A stretch of DNA of 64,000 nucleotides. It comes from Macrostomum lignano (lineage: Eukaryota). Location of the stretch: positions 1 to 64,000 of the forward strand of contig NIVC01001121.1 of NCBI GenBank assembly GCA_002269645.1. The letters are read 5' to 3'. Under the pieces are notes generated by a model, which was not told the DNA's origin, did not search any database, and saw nothing but the letters and a program-made list of their open reading frames with translations. Made by a program: the position numbers and the translations under genes. Positions 22,169 to 35,000 of the stretch are shown here, piece by piece (positions within the stretch are counted from its first letter, which is position 1; the number at the start of each line of letters is the position of its first letter).

Positions 22169-24200
22169 TGAGAGGTGATCAAAAAGTTCTGCAAGTGACC
22201 TTATAACTCAGTGTTATAGAAACCATGGTTCTAATCAATGTCATATTCCCTTATAGTACTTTCTACCACTATCTATATACTATCACAATGCGTATACACC
22301 ATGTTTGAAAGCAGTCATGGTATTCCCAAGTTAGTATACCCTATAGAGCTGAATTTACCACTTGGGCAAATTCTTGTATGCGTGAAAATGGCCTCCCAGA
22401 AATAATGGATTTGATCTTTGGGAAGAGCCAAAAGTCACATGGTGCTAGGTCTAGAGAGTAGGGTAGATAGGGCAGCAGCCAGACCCCATGCTGCTCTAGG
22501 TACGCTATGGTTGAGGCTGCTCTGTGTGGTGCCGCATTGTCATGGTGCAGCAGGAGTAGAGGTTCATGCTTGGTTCATGCACATTCCTGCCACTCCTATA
22601 GCACACCTGGCAAAACAGTGTCTGTATAGTACTTGGCAGTCACTGTGGCACCCACTGGAAGGATGTTTATCGATACAACACCTTGAAAGTAAAAAAAATG
22701 GTGAATATCCGCTTCTAACTGAGGAATCCAGTCTTCAGCACCTTGGGCCTTGGGCTCATCTTCTGCCAGCCAGACTATGTTGGACTGCTTATCCTTCATG
22801 GTAAAAGAAGGAGATCCAACATTTGTCTCCTGTGATGACATCCGACAGTCATTGTGGGCTGTGGGGCTCAAACATTTGTACCCACAAGCGACAGATATGC
22901 ACCCTCTCTGTTTGCTGCTCTAGAGTGAGAAGATGGGTACTCACTGAGCGCAGGTCTTTGTGCAGCCCAGTTGCTCATGCATAATGTTATAAGCACTTTC
23001 ATAGCTGACACCAAGCTCATAGGCAAGGAATCTTAACGTAATGCTCCAATCCTCACAAAATATTGCATTGGCATGGGCCACGACATCTTCGATCATGGAT
23101 GTCCAGGGTCAGCCAGACCTTGGTTCACAGTTGAAGCTGTCCTAGCCTTCTAAGAAATGGCGCAGTCAGCGGGCAACTGTATCAAATGATGGAGCAGAGT
23201 CAGCTAAAACATTCACCAGATCAATATGAATCTCAATCACTTTGCAACCAAGTTGCATGCACATAAAGATATAGAAGCAAACACTGTCTTTTGATGTTTC
23301 CATCAGCTACTGAAAACACATGGAAAATATATGGCTGCAAAATTTGACTGGTGCACATTTGGAAGGGTCCATGAGAATTGCCCGCAGACAAATTGCCCGC
23401 CGAGATTTGCCCGCAGGAGATTTGCCCGTGGAAATTTGCCCGCCGAGCTTTTCCCGCGGAGATTTGCCCGCAGTGCATTTTGCCCGTGAGCAAATTGCCC
23501 GTGGAGATTTGCCCGCCGAGAATTGCCCGCCGAGATTTGCCCGCAGTGCAATTCGCCCGCAAGTGAATTGCCCGCGAGCGAGTTGCCCGCCGAGTTTTTT
23601 CCCGCCGAGGTTTGCCCGCAATGCCTTTTTCCTGCAGCGCATTTGGCGACGCGGCAGATTTTGTCTGCATAGCCTTCCCAATGCTTAGTACGTGTTAATC
23701 TCAATAAAGAGATTTACACGATCAAAACGTTTTGATAGTAACTGCATATCAAATGCATATTTTTTTTGGGGGGGGGGCAATGCAGACAGAATCTAGCTGC
23801 CAAATGCGCTGCAGGAAAAAAGCATTGCGGGCAAACCTTGGCGGGAAAAAACTCGGCGGGCAACTCGCTCGCGGGCAATTCACTCGCGGGCAAATTGCAC
23901 TGCGGGCAAATCTCGGCGGGCAATTCTCGGCGGGCAAATCTCCACGGGCAATTCGCTCACGGGCAAAATGCACTGCGGGCAAATCTCCGCGGGAAAAGCT
24001 CGGCGGGCAAATCTCCACGGGCAAATCTCCTGCGGGCAAATCTCGGCGGGCAATTCGTCTGGGGGCATTTCTCGTGCTCCCCATTTGGAAGCCAAAAATG
24101 CATATAAATATAGCAAACAGATATAGCCGCATATTTGTAAGTTTTTTGCTTTTGCCGATTCTATAACAAAAGGTTGCACAAAATTTTTGATCACCCCTTG
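22169..24200 (-). mobile_element. Second, different mariner (about 1306 bp after removing the nested insertion), decayed
   Basis: TA|TGAGAGGTGATCAAAAAG and AAATTTTTGATCACCCCTTG|TA TIRs. Remnant peptide WLAEDEPK...GVVSINILPVGATVTAKYYTDTVLP is mariner-like. Confidence 0.88.
23365..24081. mobile_element. 717-bp foldback MITE with a 9-bp TSD (Mutator/MULE-like), nested in mariner 2
   Basis: CATTTGGAA duplicated at 23356-23364 and 24082-24090. Termini are GGGTCCATGAG and CTCGTGCTCCC. Inverted arms of about 300 bp are built of TTTGCCCGC subrepeats. Confidence 0.92.
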
Positions 24201-24461
24201 TATATACCTACACTAAAACATACATAAACTTCCATAAAATCTTTCATGTAGGTCTTTCAGGAAAATGTGCATGTTTAAATTTTAAACAATATTAATTAAG
24301 TGCTATTGTAGAATATAATGTAGGCATGTTCGATTATTGAGATTTAGTATATTGTGAGTGACTGACAATACAGAGCTTACAAGTTTGTCCAAGTTCTACA
24401 TCATGGCTCATAAATCAGAGTTCAAATAAATCACTATGCATAACAAACCACTTCTCAATGC

Positions 24462-25562
24462 ATGATGTCAGCAGATGTGCCCACAGTGGAGCAGCTCAGC
24501 TCCCTGAAGCTTAAAGAACTCAAAGAGCGTTGCAAGTCATATTGCCTGCCAGTGACTGGATCCAAGAAGGAACTGGTTCAGCGCCTGCGCAATCACTTGG
24601 TTACTCGGGCTGACGAAGAGTCTCTACTCCTGTCTGAGGATGCTCTGGCCGAGAATTCGGCCACCGCCGCCTCAGTTAGCCTGGCTACTAGTGGCGAAGA
24701 GCGCAGCGAACTTGATGAGGACAGCAAAATTTCTGTGCCGCCCTCGCCGCCGCCACCAGAGCCTAAAGTGCCTGGTAGCCAATTAGAGGCCGCCAAGGTG
24801 ACTAATGCTGCGACGCCAACCCCAGCCGCCCCTGCCAGCCAATCAGAGCTGGGCAAGGAGACGAAAATATCGAAGCCCGCCCCAACTGACCCGGTCAGCC
24901 AATCAGAGCCAACCAAGAAGACAGAGAAAGCGACAACCACCCCAACTGATCCTTCAGACAGCCAATCAGTGGATGTCGCGGCCATCGAAATCGACTCCGA
25001 AGCCTCAATGGGCGCCAGCAAGTCCGAAGAAGCTGAAGCCGCCGCGCCGCAGCCTCTCGAAGGTGTCCTGCGCGCCCCAATGAAAGCCGCCGGCCTGGCC
25101 GAACTTACCGAAGATGAACGGCGCCAATTGCGCGCCAAACGATTCGGCGTCGATCCGGCGGCGCCGGCCAGTTCGTCAAGCGCCGACACCACTCACCCGG
25201 AGATCGAGTCGCGAAAGCGCGCCCGCGCCCAACGATTCGGCGACGCCTCCGACTACGCATCGCCAAAACCAGCCGGGGCGCGCGGCTCGCGCCAATCCGA
25301 CGGCGCCAGTTTGGCGCCTGGAGACGTTGATAAAATGCGCAAACGCGCCGAACGATTTGGCGTTGTCACTTCGCCGGCCCTGATGAAGGAGCCCGAGGGG
25401 CCGACGGCCGCCGATAAGGACGTCGACAACGAGGACTCCGAGGAAGTGGCAGCCAAGAAGCGCGCCCGGGCGGCCAGGTTTGGCGGCGATGATTCCGGCG
25501 CCGCCGAGGCGGAAGCGGTTCCGGTGGAAAAGCCGGCGGAGGAGGGGGCAGCGGCTACTTGA
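24462..25562 (+). CDS. SARNP: SAP-domain ribonucleoprotein (Tho1/CIP29/MOS11 family, mRNA export), 366 aa, no coding introns
   Basis: N-terminal SAP motif LSSLKLKELKERCKSYCLPVTGSKKELVQRL. Four R-x-x-R-F-G motifs (RAKRFG, RAQRFG, RAERFG, RAARFG) typical of Tho1/SARNP. Confidence 0.9.
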   Translation: MMSADVPTVEQLSSLKLKELKERCKSYCLPVTGSKKELVQRLRNHLVTRADEESLLLSEDALAENSATAASVSLATSGEERSELDEDSKISVPPSPPPPEPKVPGSQLEAAKVTNAATPTPAAPASQSELGKETKISKPAPTDPVSQSEPTKKTEKATTTPTDPSDSQSVDVAAIEIDSEASMGASKSEEAEAAAPQPLEGVLRAPMKAAGLAELTEDERRQLRAKRFGVDPAAPASSSSADTTHPEIESRKRARAQRFGDASDYASPKPAGARGSRQSDGASLAPGDVDKMRKRAERFGVVTSPALMKEPEGPTAADKDVDNEDSEEVAAKKRARAARFGGDDSGAAEAEAVPVEKPAEEGAAAT

Positions 25563-25784
25563 TGAAAGAAGAACAAATGATCTGCCAGCCCACACTATAA
25601 ACACGCTATTGTGCATTTTGATTGTGCGACTGATTTGAATTACGTGTCGCAATAGCTGTTTCTTTTATTTGTTTGGTTGAATCATTGTAGTAGTCGTTTT
25701 AACCTAGTGCGGTTCTTTAAATTATGGAGTCATTTTTTGTGCCAATTTGTGCGTGTGCACTCATGGGTCTTGCTGATACTGGTT

Positions 25785-25786
25785 GG

Positions 25787-25849
<63 letters not shown>

Positions 25850-25894
25850 GTAGATAGATAGGTAGATAGATAGGTAGATAGATAGATAAATAGG

Positions 25895-25925
<31 letters not shown>

Positions 25926-26030
25926 GTAGATAGATAGGTAGATAGATAGGTAGATAGATAGATAGATAGATAGATGGATAGATAGATAGATAGGTAGATA
26001 GATAGGTAGATAGATAGGTAGATAGATAGG

Positions 26031-26089
<59 letters not shown>

Positions 26090-26145
26090 ATAGATAGGTA
26101 GGTAGGTAGGTAGGTAGGTAGATAAATAGATAAATAGATAGGACA
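25785..26145. repeat. (GATA)n/(GGTA)n microsatellite
   Basis: Direct reading of the sequence. Confidence 0.98.
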
Positions 26146-27234
26146 GACACAGACAGGTAGATAGACTCGCAGAATAATTACTTGTAGGAATTCAATTCTG
26201 CTAGTGCATATAAATATATTACGTATAAATAAAGGCCATTGAAATTCGCGCTATAAAACTGAACCTGTGCTCCGACTCTGCTGCACTCAAATTCGTTGCT
26301 TGTAAACTTTTTGTGACTCAATTCTCGGCAGCTACCGTATTACTCATACATTACATCATCTTGTGGTTTTATTAAACGAATCCGTAAATTACTCGTAATT
26401 AGTTAATTTGATAGTTAATTTATTTCTTGTAATTTTTAAACATTTCACTGTCGCGTTATTGAATTTAAATAACATTATTTAGAACCTGTTTAATACCCAT
26501 ATTACACTGGTATAGTATCTGACAGTCACTAATATTGCATACTTAGTAACATTGATTGATGACAAAAAAATTGACTTTTAGTGTCGCCAATTTTTATTAA
26601 CTGGCTTCGAAGCTAACTTATAAATCCGGGCTTGTTATTATTATAGTAAATATTAATAATATTTTATTGCTTGCGTGGCTGGCTTACAAAGATCAAGTCT
26701 TGGTGCTCGGGTGGGTGTTCAAATAAAAATAGGAGATGGTCGCAGTCGCTCTCGGCTGGCTGAAGCGACACTACTATGAATAGCGTGCAATGGTTATAAA
26801 AGAAAATCTATTGGATCAAATTAAAGTATTCATACTGGTCCTGTGTCGCATAGTAAAACAGCTTAAAACCCTAAGTACAGTGATGGTGGCTGGTCAGAGT
26901 TGAGATTAAAAAATATATATATATGAAGTTGTGTAACCTCCAGAACTGGATTAATGGGATGGCGGTTATCAGTAAACAGGCGGGCAGCAAGAGTCACAGC
27001 TTCATAAAACAGAAACGAAACTCACGCATAGAGAAAACGGCAGATTATGATTATTAAAAACAAACCTCTGGTTTGAGCACAACAGACAGAGCACTGCAGA
27101 AAGTTACAACGTAAAAAAAATAGACAATTAATTGAAATTTGGTGATTTTAGAATGCCTCGGGACCGATTCGGAATTTAAGACGATGGCTGGACAAAACAC
27201 GAAATACAGCAGTTAAAAATTATTGCTAAATGGA

Positions 27235-28148
27235 CATCCATTGTGTCCTTGGCTGGGACATCTATTGTGTCTGTGACTGGGACACCAATTGTGTCTGTGG
27301 CTGGGACACTAGTTGTATCTTTAGCTGGGACACCAATTGTCTGTGGCTTGGACCCTAATTGTCTGTGGCTTGGACACCAATTGTCTGTGACTTGGACACC
27401 AATTGTGTCTGTGGCTGGGACACCAATTGTGTCTGTGGCTGGGACACCAATTGTGTCTGTGGCTGGGACACCAATTGTGTGTGGCTGGGACACTAGTTGT
27501 ATCTTTAGCTGGGACACCAATTGTCTGTGGCTTGGACCCTAATTGTCTGTGGCTTGGACACCAATTGTCTGTGACTTGGACACCAATTGTGTCTGTGGCT
27601 GGGACACCAATTGTGTCTGTGGCTGGGACACCAATTGTGTCTGTGGCTGGGACACCAATTGTGTCTGTGGCTGGGACACCAATTGTCTGTGGCTTGGACA
27701 CCAATTGTCTGTGGCTTGGACACCAATTGTCTGTGGCTTGGACACCAATTGTCTCTGGCTTGGACACCAATTGTCTCTGGCTTGGACACCAATTGTCTGT
27801 GGCTTGGACACCAATTGTCTGTGGCTTGGACACCAATTGTCTCTGGCTTGGACACCAATTGTCTGTGGCTTGGACACCAATTGTCTGTGGCTTGGACACC
27901 AATTGTCTGTGGCTTGGACACCAATTGTCTGTGGCTTGGACACCAATTGTCTGTGGCTTGGACACCAATTGTCTGTGGCTTGGACACCAATTGTCTGTGG
28001 CTTGGACACCAATTGTCTGTGGCTTGGACACCAATTGTCTGGCTTGGACACCAATTGTCTGTGGCTTGGACACCAATTGTCTGTGGCTTGGACACCAATT
28101 GTCTGGCTTGGACACCAATTGTCTGTGGCTTGGACACCAATTGTCTGT
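27235..28148. repeat. 22/24-bp minisatellite
   Basis: Unit GGACACCAATTGTCTGTGGCTT. Confidence 0.96.
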
Positions 28149-29075
28149 GGGTACATGTATGCAACCAGTTTGTCTTGAAGTTTTTCCACAGAACCTGCAT
28201 GAACAAAAAGCATAAATTCAAGCCTGACCAATGATTAAAACAAATTATTAAAGGAAACGTTTCTCCTAAGGCACAAAAATTAACCAACACGAATAGCAGA
28301 GATAAACAAGAGTTGTCTTTAAACGAAGAGAAAAGCTACAGAAAAGCAAGACAGTTATTTGCAAAACTCTTGTTCCTGCAATTAGTTAACCAGCGTGAAA
28401 ATTCAGTCATTATTCAAAGCCTGGCACACGGGGCAGAGGAAAAAGACAACGCAGATCTGCAGAGTTAGCCGCTTGCTATGGGGGGGGGCTTTTGATAGGC
28501 ATATAAATAATAAAATGGCACATTAGTTCTATTTAATAAATCAATAAATATGAAAAATTCGATACAAAAACACGCTTTCAACTAAAATTTTACAAGGCCG
28601 TAGTAAGAGTCCGATTGCTGCTCAGCTAATTGCCCGACTAACACATACTACTTTTGCGCACAAGTAGAGCAGTAGTATATGTATAAATATTGTACTTATA
28701 AAAACCAAAATTTGGGAGACAACAAAACACATAAAACAACGATAGCCAATAGTCATATTAGTAGTATAATATATGCATATAGTATAAAGCTTTTGATTCC
28801 GATTCAAATCAATATAAGAATTAAAGGCAATACGGAGGCTGGGGGGCTGGGGCGATGCAGCTGTGTGAGCGAGAGTGAAATAAACAGACTCAGACACGAA
28901 TTTCCTGCCAATGAAGTCGGAGTTCACAGCCCGAGGTGGTGCTAGAAAAATTAACAACAAAATAGAGAGAGAAAGATGTCGGGGCCTTTCGGATTATTGA
29001 TTTTATTTAAAAAACATTTTTCTGAAATAATCCGATTAACCAAGCAACAGTTTACTACTAGCAGTAGTTTCCGCG

Positions 29076-32000
29076 TCACTTCAGCGAGACCAGATCGGCA
29101 AAGGCTTGGTCCGCTTTCGCTTGCAGACTTGGCGCTCGTCTGGCGCCGCCAATGCCGCCAGATCCGGCGCCGCCGCTGCCCCAGTTGACGCTAGTCGGAT
29201 AAGTTGGCGATGTTGGCGACTTCAACTGGGGTGCGGCAGCTGGCTGAGCCTGATAGACGGCCGGCCGCGGCTGCTGCTGACCGAATCCAGCCGGAGCTGC
29301 GGCCGCGAACGGCGAAGGCTGCGGGCCTGCGGGACCTGCGTTGAATAGCAGGAGAGAATTGTGAGTTGCTGGTGCTCGGGAGCCGAATCGCTTCTGGCTC
29401 AGAAGCGATTCTTATGGCTGGCTCAGAGGCGATTCTTATGTATGGCTCAGAGGCGATTCTTATGTATGGCTCAGAGGCGATTCTTATGGCTGGCTCAGAG
29501 GCGATTCTTATGGCTGGCTCAGAGGCAATTCTTATGGCTGTCTCAGGGGCGATTCTTATGGCTGTCTCAGGGGCGATTCTTATGGCTGTCTCAGGGGCGA
29601 TTCTTATGGCTGTCTCAGGGGCGATTCTTATGGCTGTCTCAGGGGCGATTCTTATGGCTGTCTCAGGGGCGATTCTTATGGCTGTCTCAGGGGCGATTCT
29701 TATGTATGGCTCAGAGGCGATTCTTATGGCTGGCTCAGAGGCAATTCTTATGGCTGTCTCAGGGGCGATTCTTATGGCTGTCTCAGGGGCGATTCTTATG
29801 GATGGCTCAGAGGCGATTCTTATGGATGGCTCAGGGGCGATTCTTATGTATGGCTCAGGGGCGATTCTTATGGCTGTCTCAGGGGCGATTCTTATGGATG
29901 GCTCAGAGGCGATTCTTATGGCTGGCTCAGAGGCGATTCTTATGGCTGTCTCAGGGGTGATTCTTATGGATGGCTCAGGGGCGATTCTTATGTATGGCTC
30001 AGGGGCGATTCTTATGGCTGTCTCAGGGGCGATTCTTATGGCTGGCTCAGAGGCGATTCTTATGGCTGGCTCAGGGGCGATTCTTATGGCTGGCTCAGGG
30101 GCGATTCTTATGGCTGTCTCAGGGGCGATTCTTATGGCTGGCTCAGGGGCGATTCTTATGGATGGCTCAGGGGCGATTCTTATGGATGGCTCAGGGGCGA
30201 TTCTTATGGCTGTCTCAGGGGCGATTCTTATGGATGGCTCAGGGGCGATTCTTATGGTTGTCTCAGGGGCGATTCTTATGGCTGTCTCAGGGGCGATTCT
30301 TATGGCTGGCTCAGGGGCGATTCTTATGTATGGCTCAGGGGTGATTCTTATGGCTGGCTCAGGGGCGATTCTTATGGATGGCTCAGAGGCGATTCTTATG
30401 GCTGGCTCAGAGGCGATTCTTATGGCTGTCTCAGGGGTGATTCTTATGGATGGCTCAGTGGCGATTCTAATGTATGGCTCAGGGGCGATTCTTATGTATG
30501 GCTCAGGGGCGATTCTAATGTATGGCTCAGGGGAGATTCTTATGTATGGCTCAGGGGCGATTCTTATGTATGGCTCAGGGGCGATTCTTATGTATGGCTC
30601 AGGGGTGATTCTTATGGATGGCTCAGTGGCGATTCTTATGGATGGCTCAGGGGCGATTCTTATGGCTGTCTCAGGGGCGATTCTTATGTATGGCTCAGGG
30701 GCGATTCTTATGAATGGCTCAGGGGCGATTCTTATGTATGGCTCAGGGGTGATTCTTATGGATGGCTCAGTGGCGATTCTTATGGATGGTTCAGGGGCGA
30801 TTCTTATGGCTGTCTCAGGGGCGATACTTATGGCTGTCTCAGGGGTGATTCTTATGGATGGCTCAGTGGCGATTCTTATGGCTGTCTCAGGGGCGATTCT
30901 TATGGATGGTTCAGGGGCGATTCTTATGGCTGTCTCAGGGGCGATTCTTATGGCTGGCTCAGGGGCCATTCTTATGAATGGCTCAGGGGCGATTCTTATG
31001 TATGGCTCAGGGGTGATTCTTATGGATGGCTCAGTGGCGATTCTTATGGATGGTTCAGGGGCGATTCTTATGGCTGTCTCAGGGGCGATTCTTATGGCTG
31101 TCTCAGGGTGATTCTTATGGATGGCTCAGTGGCGATTCTTATGGCTGTCTCAGGGGCGATTCTTATGGATGGTTCAGGGGCGATTCTTATGGCTGTCTCA
31201 GGGGCGATTCTTATGGCTGGCTCAGGGGCGATTCTTATGGCTGTCTCAGGGGCGATTCTTATGGATGGTTCAGGGGCGATTCTTATGGCTGTCTCAGGGG
31301 CGATTCTTATGGCTGGCTCAGGGGCGATTCTTATGGCTGTCTCAGGGGCGATTCTTATGGCTGTCTCAGGGGCGATTCTTATGGCTGGCTCAGGGGCGAT
31401 TCTTATGGCTGTCTCAGGGGCGATTCTTATGGCTGGCTCAGAGGCGATTCTTATGGCTGGCTCAGGGGCGATTCTTATGGCTGGCTCAGGGGCGATTCTT
31501 ATGGCTGTCTCAGGGGCGATTCTTATGGCTGGCTCAGGGGCGATTCTTATGGATGGCTCAGGGGCGATTCTTATGGATGGCTCAGGGGCGATTCTTATGG
31601 CTGTCTCAGGGGCGATTCTTATGGATGGCTCAGGGGCGATTCTTATGGTTGTCTCAGGGGCGATTCTTATGGCTGTCTCAGGGGCGATTCTTATGGCTGG
31701 CTCAGGGGCGATTCTTATGTATGGCTCAGGGGTGATTCTTATGGCTGGCTCAGGGGCGATTCTTATGGATGGCTCAGAGGCGATTCTTATGGCTGGCTCA
31801 GAGGCGATTCTTATGGCTGTCTCAGGGGATTCTTATGGATGGCTCAGTGGCGATTCTAATGTATGGCTCAGGGGCGATTCTTATGTATGGCTCAGGGGCG
31901 ATTCTAATGTATGGCTCAGGGGAGATTCTTATGTATGGCTCAGGGGCGATTCTTATGTATGGCTCAGGGGCGATTCTTATGTATGGCTCAGGGGTGATTC

Positions 32001-35000
32001 TTATGGATGGCTCAGTGGCGATTCTTATGGATGGCTCAGGGGCGATTCTTATGGCTGTCTCAGGGGCGATTCTTATGTATGGCTCAGGGGCGATTCTTAT
32101 GAATGGCTCAGGGGCGATTCTTATGTATGGCTCAGGGGATTCTTATGGATGGCTCAGTGGCGATTCTTATGGATGGTTCAGGGGCGATTCTTATGGCTGT
32201 CTCAGGGGCGATACTTATGGCTGTCTCAGGGGTGATTCTTATGGATGGCTCAGTGGCGATTCTTATGGCTGTCTCAGGGGCGATTCTTATGGATGGTTCA
32301 GGGGCGATTCTTATGGCTGTCTCAGGGGCGATTCTTATGGCTGGCTCAGGGGCCATTCTTATGAATGGCTCAGGGGCGATTCTTATGTATGGCTCAGGGG
32401 TGATTCTTATGGATGGCTCAGTGGCGATTCTTATGGATGGTTCAGGGGCGATTCTTATGGCTGTCTCAGGGGCGATTCTTATGGCTGTCTCAGGGGTGAT
32501 TCTTATGGATGGCTCAGTGGCGATTCTTATGGCTGTCTCAGGGGCGATTCTTATGGATGGTTCAGGGGCGATTCTTATGGCTGTCTCAGGGGCGATTCTT
32601 ATGGCTGGCTCAGGGGCGATTCTTATGGCTGTCTCAGGGGCGATTCTTATGGATGGTTCAGGGGCGATTCTTATGGCTGTCTCAGGGGCGATTCTTATGG
32701 CTGGCTCAGGGGCGATTCTTATGGCTGTCTCAGGGGCGATTCTTATGGCTGTCTCAGGGGCGATTCTTATGGCTGGCTCAGGGGCGATTCTTATGGCTGT
32801 CTCAGGGGCGATTCTTATGGCTGTCTCAGGGGCGATTCTTATGGCTGTGTAAGCCAGACTTCACAGGGACTATTTCCCTCTATTCCCTAAAATCGCTCAC
32901 TAGCACTCATCTGAGACGCCTGCATCTGTAGCAAAGTCTGCACTGGCTGCTGCTGCTGCCCGCCGAGGCCAGCTAGAGTCTGCTGCTGCTGCTGCTGGTA
33001 CACCTGAGCAATGGCCGGCTGCCCAATCAGACCCCGTCCAGCTGAAGCTACTGGCTGCGGCTGCAGCGGCACAGCCGCCGGGCCGAGCGACTGCTGAACG
33101 GCAACTGGGACGCCGCCGCCGCCACCGCCGCTGCCAAAGTCGAGGCCCGTCAGCAAATCGGCGCTATTTTTGCTGCTGTTGCTATTGACAACGGCGCCGC
33201 CGTCCGTTGTTGTCATATTGGAGAAGTCGGCAAATCCGCTATCGGTTGCGCTGCAATTTGCAGAATATATTTATCATTTATTATTAGCCCAAGTTTTCTA
33301 TCGTTCTACACTACTGACGACAGATATAAGCGGCAGCTAACGTTTTTTATGATCTTTTTTTGATAAATTCGCCTAGAAAATATTACAATACGCTTACCCT
33401 GCACCGATTGGTTCGGATTCGGTAGGGGACACCAGCAGGTCCACCTGCTGCCCCTGGCCTGTTGACCGAGTCGAGGCAAAGTCCGACCACAGGAGCTCGC
33501 TTTGAGAATGAAAATTTACAATTTCCTGACTTTTATTGGACGACAGTGCTCTACGAGCGCAACAATCCAACACTTAGATCTACCACACACATCTACCCCC
33601 ACACTCACGGATCTACCCCACACTCACGGATCTACCCCAAACTCATGGATCTAACCCACACTCACGGATCTACCCCACACTCACGGATCTACCCCACACT
33701 CACGGATCTACCCCACACCCCCAGATCTACCCCACACTCACGGATCTACCCCACATCTCCGGATCTACCCCACACCCCTGACTCTACCCAACACTCACGG
33801 ATCCAACCCACACCCCGATTCTACCCCACACCCCCAGATCTACCCCACACCCCCAGATCTACCCCACACCCCCAGATCTACCCCACACCCCCAGATCTAC
33901 CCCACACCCCCAGATCTACCCCACACCCCCAGATCTACCCCACACCCCCAGATCTACCCCACACCCCCAGATCTACCCCACACCCCAGATCTACCCCACA
34001 CACCCAGATCTACCCCACACCCCCAGATCTACCCCACACTCACGGATCTACCCCACACCCCCAGATCTACCCCACACCCCAGATCTACCCCACACTCACG
34101 GATCCTCGCCCGTTTTCTGCTGCTTAGACAGCTGCGCCTGAGCGCCGGCCGATTGAAAATCGGCGAACTCGTCGCCATCGTCGTTGGCTCCGGCGCTTGT
34201 GCTGCCAGACAGATCGATGACCTGGCGCCCGGCGCTTCCGCCTCCGCTGGTGCCTCCGCCACGACTCAAGCCGGCGGCAGCGGCGCTCAAATCGACGCGT
34301 TGGCGCGGCTGCTGAATTCGAGCTGTTCGGCGATTGGCGCCGTTGCCAACCGAGGAGGAACCGGAGGTGGGTTCGTGATCGCGATAGCCGAATTCCGACT
34401 GCCGCTGGAGGTGACCGTTGCCGCCGCTTCCATTGCCGTTGTCCGGGATGCCGATGCTGGTGCCGCCGCGCTCGTACTCGCTGGGGTAGCGTGGTGTGGG
34501 GTGCGGTTCTTGCTAGCTAGGGTGTAGGTTCGAGTTGCGGGGAATGATGGGCCTGTGAGGTGTGGTAAATGATGGGCCTCTGAGGTGTGGGGAATGATGG
34601 GTTTGTGAGGTGTGGGGAATGATGGGTTTGTGAGGTGTGGGGAATGATGGGCCCTGAGGTGTGGGAATGATGCTTCTCTAAGGTGTGGGGAATGATGGGC
34701 CCTGAGGTGTGGGGAATGATGGGCTTCTGAGGTGTGGGGAATGATGGGCTTCTGAGGTGTGGGGAATGATGGGTTTGTGAGGTGTGGGGAATGATGGGTT
34801 TGTGAGGTGTGGGGAATGATGGGCCCTGAGGTGTGGGGAATGATGCTTCTCTAAGGTGTGGGGAATGATGGGCCCTGAGGTGAGGGGAATGATGGGCTTC
34901 TGAGGTGTGGGGAATGATGGGCTTCTGAGGTGTTGGGAATGATGGGCCTGTGAGGTGTGGTAAATGATGGGCCTCTGAGGTGTGGGGAATGATGGGTTTG

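Noticed and set aside
23233-24194. Multiple overlapping 100-145 aa ORFs
   Set aside because: They are artefacts of the GC-rich palindromic MITE.
27176-32931. 200-590 aa repetitive ORFs on both strands
   Set aside because: They come from 22- and 24-bp satellites; the 24-bp array lies between valid CLINT1 splice sites.
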